A stretch of 64,000 bases of DNA from Neocallimastix sp. 'constans'. Lineage: Eukaryota. The notes below the pieces were generated by a model, which saw only the letters and a program-made list of their open reading frames with translations, made no database searches and was not told the DNA's origin. The stretch covers positions 310,001 through 374,000 of the forward strand of contig JBODTK010000015.1 in assembly GCA_050613775.1 (NCBI GenBank). Reading direction: 5' to 3'. Below are positions 1 to 13,420 of the stretch, piece by piece; position 1 is the first letter of the stretch, and every line of letters begins with the position of its first letter. The position numbers and the translations under genes are program-made.

Positions 1-800
1 ATATTGAATATTAAATATTTATTATTAAATATTAAATATTGAATATTTATTATTAAATTTTTATTATTCAATTTTTATTATTAAATTTTTATTATTAAAT
101 TTTTATTATTCAATTTTTATTATTAAATATTGAATATTTTATTATTAAATAATTTTTTAATTAATAAAAATTAATTTAAAAAAAAAAAAAACTTTATTTT
201 TATTCAATCTCTGCCACTTAATTCGTTGATGATGATGATTAAATATAGATTTCAAAAAAAAAAAATTAATAATAATAATAGTTATATATTTATATGTTAT
301 TAATATTTATATAAATATTATTTTTTCAATCTTTACTTCTATAATTAATATTTCAACTATCTATTATTTACTAATAAATACTTCTTTTTATTATTATTTA
401 TTAATAAATACTCTTTTTATTATTTATTATTTATTATTTATTATTTATTATTTATTATTTATTATTTATTATTTATTAATAAATACTCTTTTTATATTTT
501 ATTATTTATTATTTATTATTTATTATTTATTATTATTATTACTTGTTACTTTTTATTATTATTATTACTTGTTACTTTTTATTATTATTATTATTACTTG
601 TTACTTTTTATTATTAATTATTATTACTTGTTACTTTTTATTATTAATTATTATTACTTGATACTTTTTATTATTATTATTATTATTATTACTTGATACT
701 TTATCTAGATTATTATTATTTCTTATTATTATTCATTATTTACTTGTTCATTTACTATTATTATTATTAATTGTTACTTTTTATTATTTTTTAATTATTA
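1..800. repeat. AT-rich low-complexity and microsatellite tract, including units of the TAATAAATACTCTTTTT satellite
   Basis: (TTATTTA)n, (TTA)n and TTACTTGTTACTTTTTA repeats; satellite core at about 372-495. Confidence 0.85.
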
Positions 801-809
801 TGGAATTAT

Positions 810-846
<37 letters not shown>

Positions 847-849
847 GCT

Positions 850-1447
850 TTTAATATGTAACCATTTGGGAAGGGGAATAGTAATATTACGGAAGTCACC
901 ATACTTCGGGGAATGCTTTACTTAGTATTGGTAGACTCTTGTTTCCCCTTTTAAACTGGACGGGGCCCTTTAAACCCCCGAGTGAATGAATTCATTTGCC
1001 GCATCGGCGGCGGCGCTGACTTGACTTGACTTGACTTGCCGTAGATTTGTGAGTGAATGAGAATGTGAGAATTTTTTTTAGAATTTTTTTTTTTTAGAAT
1101 TTTTTTTAGAATTTTTTTTTTTTTTTTTTTTTTTTCGAGGTCCTCGGCGTTGCTTTTTTTTTTTTTTTTTTTTTTTTACTCGGAAGGGGACCTTTGAGGC
1201 GAGGCAAGGCCAATCTAATCTAACCATATACTTTGCTTTCAAATGGTTTAATCTGTTGGAGATTGAGACTCTTAATCTGTTAGATATAATTTTTAATACC
1301 AAAAATTATTTTTAAGTAAGGAATGATATTTTGAATCTTTTATATTTGTTCATTTTAAATATATACTTAAGTAATTGAGAATTCTCTATATTAAAAAAAA
1401 AAAAAAAAAAGATTAAATATTAAATTAAATTAATCATTATTTTGACA
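850..1447 (-). mobile_element. 5' remnant of a Copia-type LTR element: LTR end, tRNA-Lys(CUU) PBS and GC-richer leader, with no coding region
   Basis: The minus strand reads ...TCTAACA then GATTAAGAGTCTCA (1277-1264), the same LTR/PBS junction as in the complete Copia elements of this window. The outer LTR boundary (about 1447) is a guess. Confidence 0.5.
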
Positions 1448-1589
1448 AAATAAATAAAAATTTATAGTAAAATAATAAAATATTTATTAAAATATTAATA
1501 TTTCATGATTTTTGGAAAATCATCATTCCAAATTTCGATTGATTAGGGCTTTGAGACATTTAAAAAAAAAAAAAAAAAAAACCAGATGA

Positions 1590-2589
1590 AATATTACTAT
1601 TATTTTCAGAAGTTTCTTCTGAATTATATATCTTTATCAGGAGTCAAAGCTTTGAAGAATTCCATTTAAATTCCATCAGGATCACATGCTCTTATAGTTA
1701 GGAGAAGATGAAATTGCCTCTTAAATTCCAAATTTCTTCATCCCTTTCATATTTTGGTTAATTTCTAATTCCTAACTAGGAATATTAAATTTATTGTGAT
1801 CATAAATTTCATTCTTAAGTTCAAACCATTTTATAACCTATCCTACTATACAAATTTTCTTTTTTTTTTTTTTTTTTTTTTGGGTAACAAAAATGATTCA
1901 TCTGTGATAGTTTTCATAACAATAAATCACGAGTAGTTTATTGATCAGAGACAGAAAGAGAGTCAATAAAAAAAATAAGCACTAGATATATTTTATCTAG
2001 TAGATTTGAGTTGGCTAACGCATGATCAATATCTAATGAATATCTACCTTCTAGTCCATGAAGAAGTAGAGGAACCATGAATTTGAAGAATAAACCAGTT
2101 ACCAAGGTTACTTATTCCTTATTTTGTCTTAAAAAAAAAATAATCAGTTGGTGCTCATGTTAAAGGTCTCCAACAATAAGAATACATGGATGATTAGTGT
2201 GAATTTGAAGCCATGTGAAAACTTTAGAGAATGCATATATATGGAACTTTGCCATGAGTGGGTTCTTTAGTGGGAAATATAGACATTACCTAGAGATCGA
2301 TCACACTTAGAGGAGATTCCATTGATTATGGACTGTTAAAGAAACAAGATGAGTATTAAGAATTGTTGTCTTCAAAGGACTATTTGACATGAGGATATGA
2401 TACTCCAAGATATAAACCTCGGGCAACCCTGGGTACTTATGAATCAATTGTTTTTCTGGAAATATTTGAAATTGGAAAGTGTTACTTTGCATGGAATATC
2501 TATCATCCTTGGTATCATTAACCTGTTTCCTGAAAACATAGGAATAATATGGTTTTTAAAAATGATGTTGAAATATTCAATACTACTCT

Positions 2590-2634
<45 letters not shown>

Positions 2635-2800
2635 AATTTCATCCATTACTATGTCAACTAACACAGAGCAAAAAAATTTTTCTGTGTTAGAATATGAAAC
2701 TGGATTTCTAAGAATTTAAATTAGGTACATTGGATGCATTGGTTACTACATGATTGGCATTAATAACATTTACAAAACTAGTTGAACTGGGAATTTTGTT
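1590..2800 (-). mobile_element. Decayed non-LTR retrotransposon (LINE) fragment: APE endonuclease to start of RT
   Basis: Minus-strand pieces across frameshifts resemble FQETG, LGNVYI and ACDPDGIxMEFFKAL (the KAPGPDG motif); many stops. Confidence 0.6.
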
Positions 2801-2819
2801 GAGTTTGAATTATTGTATG

Positions 2820-4854
2820 TAGTATTATTACTTATTCTAAAGGTTCCATATCTTCTTACATCGACCATATTATCTATAATAATGCTATGATTCCCTATGT
2901 ACATTTATCTTCTGCTTGCTCATTTGCAAATGATATTTCTGATCATTATCCTATCTTCTTATTATGCCATAAGAATCTTTCAGATGGTTTTTTAATAAAT
3001 CTAAGAAAACTTTCAAATGATCTAAACATAGTTGTAATACTCAAAATACAAATATACTATCTCACAATTACTTTTTTGTTTTAGCAAATAATCTTGAATC
3101 CAATTTTGATGAAACATCAGCAGATGATATGATTAAAGAATTTATTAATATTTCAATCCGTGTTGGAAAAGAAATTAAAAGCTTTTATTCCTTCAAAATT
3201 TAAAGGCCCTACTTTCCATTGCCCAAAGTATGTAAAGGAAAACTTCAATTGACAAACATTCTAGTATATGAAAAATATATGAAAAAAATATATTAAAACC
3301 TTTCTCAGATTGCCCTTCCATGGATGCTTATTTAGATCAATTTACTCAATAACATAAATTATGCAAAGTTTTGAAAAAGCTCAAAAAAAATACCTTATGT
3401 TCCAATCGTTATAAAGCAAATATTGTTAAAAAATTAGTAACTACTTTATAAACAAAGACTATAGTCGTGGTTGGCGTGTTCTCAAAAAGATTTCTAAGCC
3501 TGCATATTCAGCTTCTACTCTTCATCTTGTTAAGTCTAAATCTGGTCAGGATCTTTTGGAACCCAACGATCATCAACTTAAACGTTGGGCTAAACATTAC
3601 AAGGACTTAGCGACTGATTTTACTGGTCATAGCTTAAGCCAAGACTATTGGGCAAATGTTTTCCGCAATAATCCTCGTAATCTAAATACCTACCTGGAAT
3701 ATAAATGATCCTATTTCTCTCTCTGATATAAGAAATACAACACTTTCTATATGAAGTGCAACAAAGCTCCTGGACCTGACGGTATTCTTATTGAATTTTT
3801 ATAAAGCTTTCTTTTGTAATCATGATCTGAAAAAAGCCTACGACTCTGTTCCCATTTTCAACATTCTTATTCTTACAGAAATCTTTCACCTTAGTATCCG
3901 TGACAAATGTTTTGATTTCATTTCTAATCTCTATCTTACTTCTAAAGCTAGAGCTCGTTATCTTGATATGCTATCAAGTTGAATTTCCTATTCATTGTGG
4001 TGGTGTTAGATAAGATTGCCCGTTATCACTAATTTTGTTTAATTTATTCATTAATGATATTTTAAACAATTGTGATAAATATGGTGTTAGTATTGGTAAT
4101 AAAAAGTGTTATGGTGGTCTTTTTTGCTGTTGATGATATTATTCTCATAGCGCCTAGTGAAAGAAAAATGAAGGCTCTCTACTTCGTCATGTTTTTTTTT
4201 TTGTTGGGCTAATAAAAATGAAATGTCTTTTGGTATCAATAAATGCGCTACAATGGTTATTAAACCCTTAAATTTTTGTTTCATATCCTTGGTGATGAAG
4301 AACCTACATTTCACCTTGGTATGTATTCTATCCCTATAGAATCTGTGTATATTTACTTAGGTATCCCCTTCAGTAATGATCTTTCTCTTGAACCTATTAT
4401 CACTTATATGAATACTAAAGTTAAGAAAATCGTTATTTTCTTTCTCTAGTTTTTTATCCAATAATAAAGTTCCGTTAAATTTTAAAAGATCTATTATTCA
4501 ATCATTTATTATTAGCAAAGCATTATATTTTGCTCCACTTTTAGGTTCAAACAAAAACAATTCTAAGAAAGTACAATCTTTAATTAACACAGCATTGTTG
4601 TGAAGTATTGATTTTGACTCTGATTCACCGAACAAGGAAAATTATCTTAACATTGAAAAGAAGATAAAAAAAATGTAAAAATTATATCAAAAGGAATTCA
4701 GCGGTTAGTGTTTATGCCTTATCTCGTGATCTTCAGGTATTTCCAATTGCCGGTTTTTGAGCTTCTTTTCAAATAAAATGCTTTTGTAAATGGAGAAATT
4801 CTAAATGTATTATTAAAGATCTCATAAACCATATCCCTTCCATGCCACGTTATG

Positions 4855-4887
<33 letters not shown>

Positions 4888-5696
4888 ACTGGTGCTCTAC
4901 AAGAAAATTAAGAAAAAAGAATATCACTAAATAGATGTTATTGAATCATATTGGTCTGATGCTGGTAAATTCCAAGGAATCAAAGGTAAGAATTACGATA
5001 ACTTCAAATTTATAAATACTAGAAATTTATTCAAGCTCAGCCTTGAATATTCTCATTTAAATTTTGGTTTTAACTGAAATCTTAAGATTAAGAGCTGGTT
5101 ACAAATATAATACAACTATTGCAATTAGAAGTGGAAGAGTTTCTGACGACTGTCCTTAATTTTGCCCTTGTTGTGAAAAAAGGTGAACAATCTTTTTCTT
5201 TATTGGATATTTGAATGCTCTACCTTTTCTTTATGTCGATGTAAATCTTTAGATCTCATTGATGACCTTTTCATTTTATTTGTCAATAAAGTAAGGAATC
5301 TTTCCTTACTTCCTTTTTTTTTATTCTTATAATCTTTAAAATATGCAATATTTTATAAACAGGTATATTTATATATTCCTTCTTGGTGGAATTTCAGCTT
5401 TAGATGAGCTACAATTCAATACTGGGGATCGGGGACGTTTAAGTGAACAACTCCTGAAAAGTTCACAGGGGTCCACTATTCCGTATATGGTGAGGCTTGC
5501 GCATTATCTTATCTTGTTAAAACAAAACCAATCATTAGTAGGTCCTCTTTTGAGTTACTTTTTGTTCGATTTAGTAAGTAATCCTTCAGTACCAAGAGTG
5601 CCGACAGTCCTATCGATATGGCTTAGGAACAATATTATTAGTAGTCCTGTTGATATATATTTCAGGCACAAATTCTAACAGTCAAAAAAAAAAAAA
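2820..5696 (+). mobile_element. Decayed LINE ORF2 (endonuclease C-terminus, RT, Cys motif) with 3' UTR and poly(A) tail
   Basis: IDHI and SDHYP (APE); KAPGPDG, DLKKAYDSV, CPLSLILFNLFIND, INKCATM and YLGIPF (RT); CPxxCPCC near 5150-5175; A13 at 5684-5696; many frameshifts. Confidence 0.85.
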
Positions 5697-6298
5697 TAAT
5701 GTAAAAAAAAATAAATAATCAATCATTCACAGTCTCTCAACCTTATTAAAAATAATTACAATAAGCTAAATATAAATATGAATTTAAATATATAATTAAA
5801 ATTTTGAAGATTATTGAAAATTAATTATAGAAAAATGTATATAATTAAAATTTTGATAATATTATATTTTAAATTGAAAACATTTGGGAACATAAAAATA
5901 TTATATTTAAAATTTTATATTGCTAATTGTTTTGAATGAAAAGCTAATGAGCATAACTATAAATAAATTTAAAAAATATATTATATACTTATTATTGAAA
6001 ATATTATAAATATTATGAATATTTAATACATATTTATATTATATATTATAAATGATTTTTTAAATATAGACAGTAAGTAAAAATATATATATTATTTAGT
6101 TAATAAAATTATTCGTATCAATTACAAATTAAAATATATTTATAAAAAATTTTTAATTATAATTGAACAAATTATAATTGAACAAATTTTTTTTGTTCAA
6201 TAATAATTAAAAAAAAAAAAACTCTTATTTTTTTTTTTTTTTTTTTTTTTTTCTTTTCCCTTCTCACTCACACACACATACACACACTCTCTCTCTTA

Positions 6299-8755
6299 CT
6301 AATCACATCGACCAAATTCAATTTGACAACCACGACCACAATATTCTTTGGTGGTACCACAATAGCCATAGGGACTACAGCATTGTTGACCGTCACATCG
6401 ATAGATTCCATCCTCCTTCACTCCACAAAAAGTATCAGAATAGATGATGGTAAGTGCGGGAGATGAATACTTTTTCTTTTGCTCTTTTTTTCCGGAATTT
6501 GAATTAGAACAGGTACCAAATTCACTTTGACATCCTTGACCACAATAGCTATTACTGGTACCACAATAGCCATATTTACTACAACATTGATGATCCTGAC
6601 AGATAAGAATAGTGCCTTCTTCTTCTTCCTCACTTGGTCCACATTTGTTATCGGAATAAAAAACTTTTTGGTTACAGACCCCAAATTCACTTTGACATCC
6701 TTGACCACAATAGCTATTACTGGTACCACAATAGCCATATTGACTACAGCATCGAGATTTTGGACAGACTCCATAGTTGGCACCACATTTTCCATTAGAG
6801 GATCGATTACCAGCGGTGAGACCATATCCTGAATACTGATCATCCTTAGAGTAGACAATATGTTTACCATTGTTAATGAAGACATTGGAATCCTCTTTTT
6901 TCGATAAACCTTCAATAATACCTACTTCACCATTGCTCTTCAGATACTTAAGCATAGAACTATTATTGAATTTAATATCAGGATGTTCACTCATGATAGT
7001 AGCGGCCACTCCAGCAACAATAGGTCCTGAATAGGAAGTACCGGATTCTTTAACAAGAGTAACTTCATTTGGTTTTAAAGAGATCTCCACATCAACATAA
7101 TATGGTGCATATATATCTACTCTGGGTCCATAGTTAGAATTAGAATGTTTTCGATAAACATTTTTAGAATGAAGTTTCTCTTGATCGATTCCACCGACGC
7201 AAATAACATTACTAAGTTTACAAGGATAAATGACACTATTATCATCAATTTTAGTATTCATATTACCAGCACTGGCAATCACAATTCCTCCCTTTGAAAT
7301 AATTTTATTGATATGAGCTATCATTTGATTGATATTACTTTGATTATTCGCGGTTTCTTCCACTCCGAAAGAAAAATTGATCACAGTTTTATTGGGACGA
7401 ATCATATTTTCCATGATATATTGTAAAGCAATTAAAAGATGAGAAGATTTAAAGAGGTCACCTAAATGAGGAAAAGCAATACCATATATATTAGCACGAT
7501 TTGCCACACCATGTTTCAATCCTCCAGCAACATCAGCTGTTTTTTCTCCATGACCATTTTCGGGAATACCACACTGAAGAAAATCAGCCCTCTTTGAGCG
7601 ACCATTCTCGAATATTTCAATACATTCCACGAACCGATCATCAGTATTATAAAATTCAAAATAATCAAAATGGAAACTGGCATCCAATAGAATAATATCA
7701 ATATCTTTACCTGCAGAACTAGGATAATAGTAGTTATCATCGTATTGATGAATCACTGTATGATCATACCTTCCTTGAGATATAAGGGAAAGATGGTTAT
7801 CTGCATTTCTTCGAACTAAAACATTATCCCAATGGGTATGTGATTTAATATTTTCTAAATTATAGTAATGCTTGATATTGTTGCTACTACCACTACTACG
7901 ACGATGATGATAATTATTACTACTACTAGTAGTAGTATTACTATTACGACTATAATTACTATTACTACTGTTATTACTGTTACTACTGTTACTACTATTA
8001 TTTTCAAGGACGGAGGTACCAAAAATTTCATCAGGTATACAATCGATGACCATATCCAAGGACTGAACATACTTTACTAATTTTTTTGAAAGATAAGCCA
8101 AAAGAACAGTGGTATGATCTACAGAAGAAATAGGATAAACAAATTCAGAATTGCCATAACTTATTACATCAGCACTTTCATTATCATCTTCGATTTCAGT
8201 TTCACTTTCAATTTCACTTTCGATTTCACTTTCGACATCAATTTTGATTTCAATATCAGTTTCACTTTCAATTTTAGTTTCGATTTCAATTTCAGTTTCG
8301 ATTTCAATTTTATTTCTTTTTTGGAAGTGAACATTATTATTCTTCTTCTTCTCTTCTTTTTCTACCATTTCTTCTAATTTTTCAGGATTTTCATAGGTAT
8401 CACGATGAATCATAATTAAGTCATGAATTTTTTCTATTACTGATTCAATAAGTTCATTCGATTTCTGTTGTTGTTGTTGTTGTTGTTGAAGCTGCTCTTT
8501 ACGTTTTCTTAATTTATTTTCTGAAGTAGTGTTTGTAGTTGCTTCCGGCACTTCTGCTGTTGCTGCTGCTGCTGTGATAGGAATAGTTCCATAAGAATTA
8601 TGAACATAAATTAAGTAGTATTGATCTTCCTCATTTTTTTTTGCCAATTTTTCTTCTTTTCTCTTCTTCTCCCCGATAATTTTTGGTTTTGCAAAAATTA
8701 AATTTAAATAGATAATTGTTATTCCGAATATATAAAATAGACATTGAAATTTCAT
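6299..8755 (-). CDS. Secreted subtilisin-like (S8) serine protease with three C-terminal chitin-binding type-1 (CBM18/hevein) domains, intronless
   Basis: 818-aa ORF with signal peptide; catalytic motifs IILLDASF (Asp), HGEKTADVAGG (His) and SGTSYSGPIVAG (Ser); oxyanion SAGN; three CCSxYGYCGTxxxYCGxGCQxEFGxC modules. Confidence 0.93.
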   Translation of the reverse strand: MKFQCLFYIFGITIIYLNLIFAKPKIIGEKKRKEEKLAKKNEEDQYYLIYVHNSYGTIPITAAAATAEVPEATTNTTSENKLRKRKEQLQQQQQQQQKSNELIESVIEKIHDLIMIHRDTYENPEKLEEMVEKEEKKKNNNVHFQKRNKIEIETEIEIETKIESETDIEIKIDVESEIESEIESETEIEDDNESADVISYGNSEFVYPISSVDHTTVLLAYLSKKLVKYVQSLDMVIDCIPDEIFGTSVLENNSSNSSNSNNSSNSNYSRNSNTTTSSSNNYHHRRSSGSSNNIKHYYNLENIKSHTHWDNVLVRRNADNHLSLISQGRYDHTVIHQYDDNYYYPSSAGKDIDIILLDASFHFDYFEFYNTDDRFVECIEIFENGRSKRADFLQCGIPENGHGEKTADVAGGLKHGVANRANIYGIAFPHLGDLFKSSHLLIALQYIMENMIRPNKTVINFSFGVEETANNQSNINQMIAHINKIISKGGIVIASAGNMNTKIDDNSVIYPCKLSNVICVGGIDQEKLHSKNVYRKHSNSNYGPRVDIYAPYYVDVEISLKPNEVTLVKESGTSYSGPIVAGVAATIMSEHPDIKFNNSSMLKYLKSNGEVGIIEGLSKKEDSNVFINNGKHIVYSKDDQYSGYGLTAGNRSSNGKCGANYGVCPKSRCCSQYGYCGTSNSYCGQGCQSEFGVCNQKVFYSDNKCGPSEEEEEGTILICQDHQCCSKYGYCGTSNSYCGQGCQSEFGTCSNSNSGKKEQKKKYSSPALTIIYSDTFCGVKEDGIYRCDGQQCCSPYGYCGTTKEYCGRGCQIEFGRCD

Positions 8756-8938
8756 TTTTTTTTTTTTATTTTTTTAAATTATAATTTCAATAATTTTTTA
8801 TATATCTTATTAAAGTTTTTAAATTATATATATATATATATTATTTATATTATTTAAGTTTTAATAATTTAAATTAGATTCTTAATTTAATCTTTTTTTT
8901 TTTTTTTTTTTTTTTTTACAATTTTGTTTTAACTATTT

Positions 8939-8977
<39 letters not shown>

Positions 8978-9105
8978 TTTTATTTTATTTTGTGGAAATT
9001 TTTATTAATTACATTAGATTGAAATTTGATTCATTTGGAATTTAGTTTGTTATTATTTTATATTATAAATAATAAAATGATTTTAAATTTATTTATATTA
9101 TTATT

Positions 9106-9138
<33 letters not shown>

Positions 9139-9449
9139 GTTTATTGATTTTATTGTTGTTGCATTTAATTATAATTTATTTTATGGTATACCAAATTATG
9201 TATAGTTTATAAAATTAAATTTCATAAATTTAATTTATAATATTTTTATATATCCTTCTGTTTTTTTATTTTTTATTTTATTTTTAAATTTATTTATTTT
9301 TTTTTTTTTTTAAAATTTCATTTTAAAATATTTTTTTTGTAATACCAAAAAAGAACTTAAACTTTAAAATAAAGAAAAACAATCTTTTTATTTATTAATT
9401 TAATATTTAATATTTAATATTTATTATTTATTATTTATTATTAATTATT

Positions 9450-10260
9450 TATTAATAAATACTCTTATTATTATTTATTATTTATTATTTATTATTTATT
9501 AATAAATACACTTTTTATTATTTATTATTTATTATTTATTAATAAATACTCTTTTTATTATTTATTATTTATTATTTATTAATAAATACTCTTTTTATTA
9601 TTTATTATTTATTATTTATTAATAAATACTCTTTTTATTATTTATTATTTATTATTTATTAATAAATACTCTTTTTATTATTTATTATTTATTATTTATT
9701 AATAAATACTCTTTTTATTATTTATTATTTATTATTTATTAATAAATACTCTTTTTATTATTTATTATTTATTATTTATTAATAAATACTCTTTTTATTA
9801 TTTATTATTTATTATTTATTAATAAATACTCTTTTTATTATTTATTATTTATTATTTATTAATAAATACTCTTTTTATTATTTATTATTTATTATTTATT
9901 AATAAATACTCTTTTTATTATTTATTATTTATTATTTATTAATAAATACTCTTTTTATTATTTATTATTTATTATTTATTAATAAATACTCTTTTTATTA
10001 TTTATTATTTATTATTTATTAATAAATACTCTTTTTATTATTTATTATTTATTATTTATTAATAAATACTCTTTTTATTATTTATTATTTATTATTTATT
10101 AATAAATACTCTTTTTATTATTTATTATTTATTATTTATTAATAAATACTCTTTTTATTATTTATTATTTATTATTTATTAATAAATACTCTTTTTATAA
10201 TTTATTATTTATTATTTATTATTTATTATTTATTATTTATTATTTATTATTTAATTATTT
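9450..10260. repeat. Tandem satellite, 40-bp unit AATAAATACTCTTTTTATTATTTATTATTTATTATTTATT
   Basis: About 16 identical units at 9541-10180, with variant units and (TTATTTA)n at the flanks. Confidence 0.95.
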
Positions 10261-11278
10261 AATTTATTTATTAGCGTTCAATTCAATGGATTAATTTTTA
10301 TAATTATTAAGGAAATGACATAATGTTTAGAAATAAAAAAAAGGAGAATATTTTTATATTAATTTAAGTTTTTCTGTCCACCGTAAAAGCGGTTTCTCTT
10401 AAAGGGTTAAGTTATAACAATATTTAATATAATCTTTTTTTTTTTTTTTATCATTATTTTTAATTTGATTTGTATTTCATCATTATTTGATTTTTATTAT
10501 TAAATTATTTATCTTTTATTATTTGATTTTTATTATTTAATATTCGATTTTTATTATTAAATTTTTATTATTTAATTTATTTAATATTTAATTTTTATTA
10601 TAAATTTTTTAATTTTAATTATTACTATTATTATTATTATTAACATTTATTGGATTAAAAATTAAATAAGATATATTAATACTATTAAACACTATTAATA
10701 TATATTATTTAAAATATTTATATAATATTTATAATACCTGTATAATTAATAAAATATATATATATAAATCTATAGATAGTTTATTTAATAATGTTAATTT
10801 TACAGGTGTTTTAGTTGTAATATGTAATTTTATTCTTAATTAAATAAGGCTTCATTATCAGTTACAATGATAATGAATTATTTATTATTCAATAAAAACG
10901 AAAATTTTAATTTATTATTATCAATTTCAATTTGAAAAATTTATTAGTTTTTAAAAATTTTTCAGTAATAAAAAGGATTATTAATTTTTTTTTTTTTTTT
11001 TTTTTTAAAGTTTATGTCCAGTTTTTAAGTGGTATCATAATGATCTTTAGTGGTATCACAATTACCGTAAAAGCTACAATAGAGACCATCGGTACAATAG
11101 TAGACTCCATTTTCTCTGACGCCACAATAAATATTGGACTAATCTATATTATAATAATCATGACTTTGGAAGTTTCCAATATCTTCATTTTAAATACATT
11201 GAACATCATGATCTTTATAAGTATCTTTTTTTTTTTTTTTTTTTTTTTTCATTATTATTAAATTATTAAGTTTATCTA

Positions 11279-13420
11279 CTAAAGGTTAAATGAATTGATT
11301 TGATTCCTGAAGTTTTTATTTATTTTATTTTTTGAAGTCCATAAAATATAAGTTTTTGAATTATTTGCATTTATCCTACAAATTTTATTATTTTTCTTAT
11401 ATATAGAAACATTATTTTTATTGTTGATTTTTTGAAATACTGTTTTATAATTCTGGTCACTTAAACAGTCTATAGAGATTAAATTCTTTTTAAAAACTGG
11501 AACAAATAAAACATTTTTTAAAGTGATTTTATTATCGTTTATATAGACATTATACGTTCCAATAAATTTAGATTTTACACTCTCCCCGTTAGCAAAATAT
11601 ATTTCTCTATTAAATTTACTAATATTGGAAAGGCAGCTTAAATCACCTGTCATGTGGTATGTAGTTCCAGAGTCGAGTGTCCACGCGTTTAATTTATTTT
11701 TATTTTTATTTTTATTTTTATTATTTAATTCACTTTCTTCCTTTAATTCATTACACGTATAATATCCTAATTTTTGAAAAGGAAACATATTTTTAGAATA
11801 ATTGAAAATTATATTATTATTTGATTCAATATTATACACGTCATTGTAATCTTTGAAGAAAAATTCTTCATGTTTATCTTCGCAATTATAATTATTATTG
11901 TCAGTTTCTACGTTTTTACATTGAATTTTATTTACGTGATTTAATGGGTGCCTCCCATTATTATTATTTTTATTTTTAAAATTATTATTTTTATTATTAT
12001 TTTTATAATTATTTTTAATTCTGCATTGGTCAGAATAATGACCAAATTTTCCGCAGTTCCAACATTTGATATTATTTCTATTACTATAGAATTTACTGTT
12101 TGAATTATTATTATTATAATTTTTAGATTTATTATTATAATTATTTTTTTTATTATTAAAGTTATTATTACATGTTTTATTACTATAATTATTATTACTA
12201 TAATTATAATTTGAATTAATTTTTTATTCAACATTTAAAGCTGTTGAAATTTTTTCTTCCTTCTTAATAATTATTTCTTGGATATTTCTTAGCTGTTGGC
12301 TTACAGTTATTAAGTGATTGGTAGTAGTATCCCAATTTGGAAGACAACTTATGATGTTTGATTTAATAGCTAGGTCTTCAGGAATTGAACTGTATAAATA
12401 TTTGAATTTATCTTGGTAATCTAGACTTACATTTAGCTTTTCTAATTCTTTAAATTTTAAATTCATTTCTGAAATAAAAATTGAAATGCCATCGTCAATT
12501 TCTGGATTGTATTTCATTTTTAATAATTCTTCTTTTAGTTGTTCAATTCTTTCAGATCTTGTTTTTAGATTTAAGGATTCGATTAATTTAAACATTTCAT
12601 ATGAAGTTAAAGATATACAGTCCATTCTCATTTTTAAATCTTTTGGTATATTATTCATGATAAACCTTTTGGTTTTTGCATCTTCTACAATCATATCTTC
12701 TGTAACATTTTCATTATAATATGTATTAGTTGTACCATCAACCGAGGTTAATTTTTTCTTTTGTTCATTTTTTAAATTTTCACCAGAGATTTTCTTAATC
12801 ACTTCTCTTAATATATATTGTTCCAATTTATTTCCTTTTAATAGTACATATAAGTCTTGTTTCCATGTTTTATAATTTGTCTTATCTAGCATCTCTATAG
12901 TACCACAATCTTCTTTGATACTCATTTTTATTTTATTTTTAATTTTATTTTATTTTAAAATATTTATTTTTATTTTTTAAAAAAAAATATTTAAAAATAT
13001 TTAAAAATACACTCTTTTTAAAATTTTAAAACACTCACTTTTAAAATTTTAAAAAACACGCTCTCATTCACTTTTAAAATTTAAAACACTCACTCACTCA
13101 CTTTTTAAAATTAAAAAAAATAACACTAATATATAAATCACTATTATAAAACGCGGAGTCTTGAGACTCTTAATCTGTTATTAAATACACTTTATTAATT
13201 TATTATCAAGAGCTACAAAAATTAAAAATATTACATTATAAATTATTTATATCATACATTTTATAATAATTTCACATATATACATATGATATACATCATT
13301 TGATATAATACGTCACTATTTACCTATATACATATATTATTATTTATGTTTCTTATATTTATTTATTAACTATATTAAATATATTAATTATTATATTAAT
13401 TATATTAAACTTATTTCTAA
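11279..13420 (-). mobile_element. Truncated Ty1/Copia 5' half: LTR, PBS, gag, zinc knuckle and protease
   Basis: PBS at 13162-13175 abuts an LTR end at 13176; gag ORF 12925-12224 (LDKTNYKTWK); CWNCGKFGHYSDQC knuckle near 12020-12065; protease WTLDSGTTYH in ORF 11839-11279; frameshifted and lacking integrase and RT. Confidence 0.85.

Noticed and set aside
1078..1302. Poly-Lys ORF and other short ORF-track entries (e.g. 7855-8377, 10932-11261, 46740-47063, 54207-54643)
   Set aside because: They arise from homopolymers, microsatellites or the antisense and alternative frames of real genes and TEs; no domain signal
1590..5696. Twin-priming 5' inversion of a single LINE
   Set aside because: Both arms cover the same endonuclease-to-RT region with different sequences, so they are two separate elements
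9500..10200. CRISPR-like regular array
   Set aside because: Units are identical with no unique spacers, there are no cas genes and the context is eukaryotic; it is a satellite
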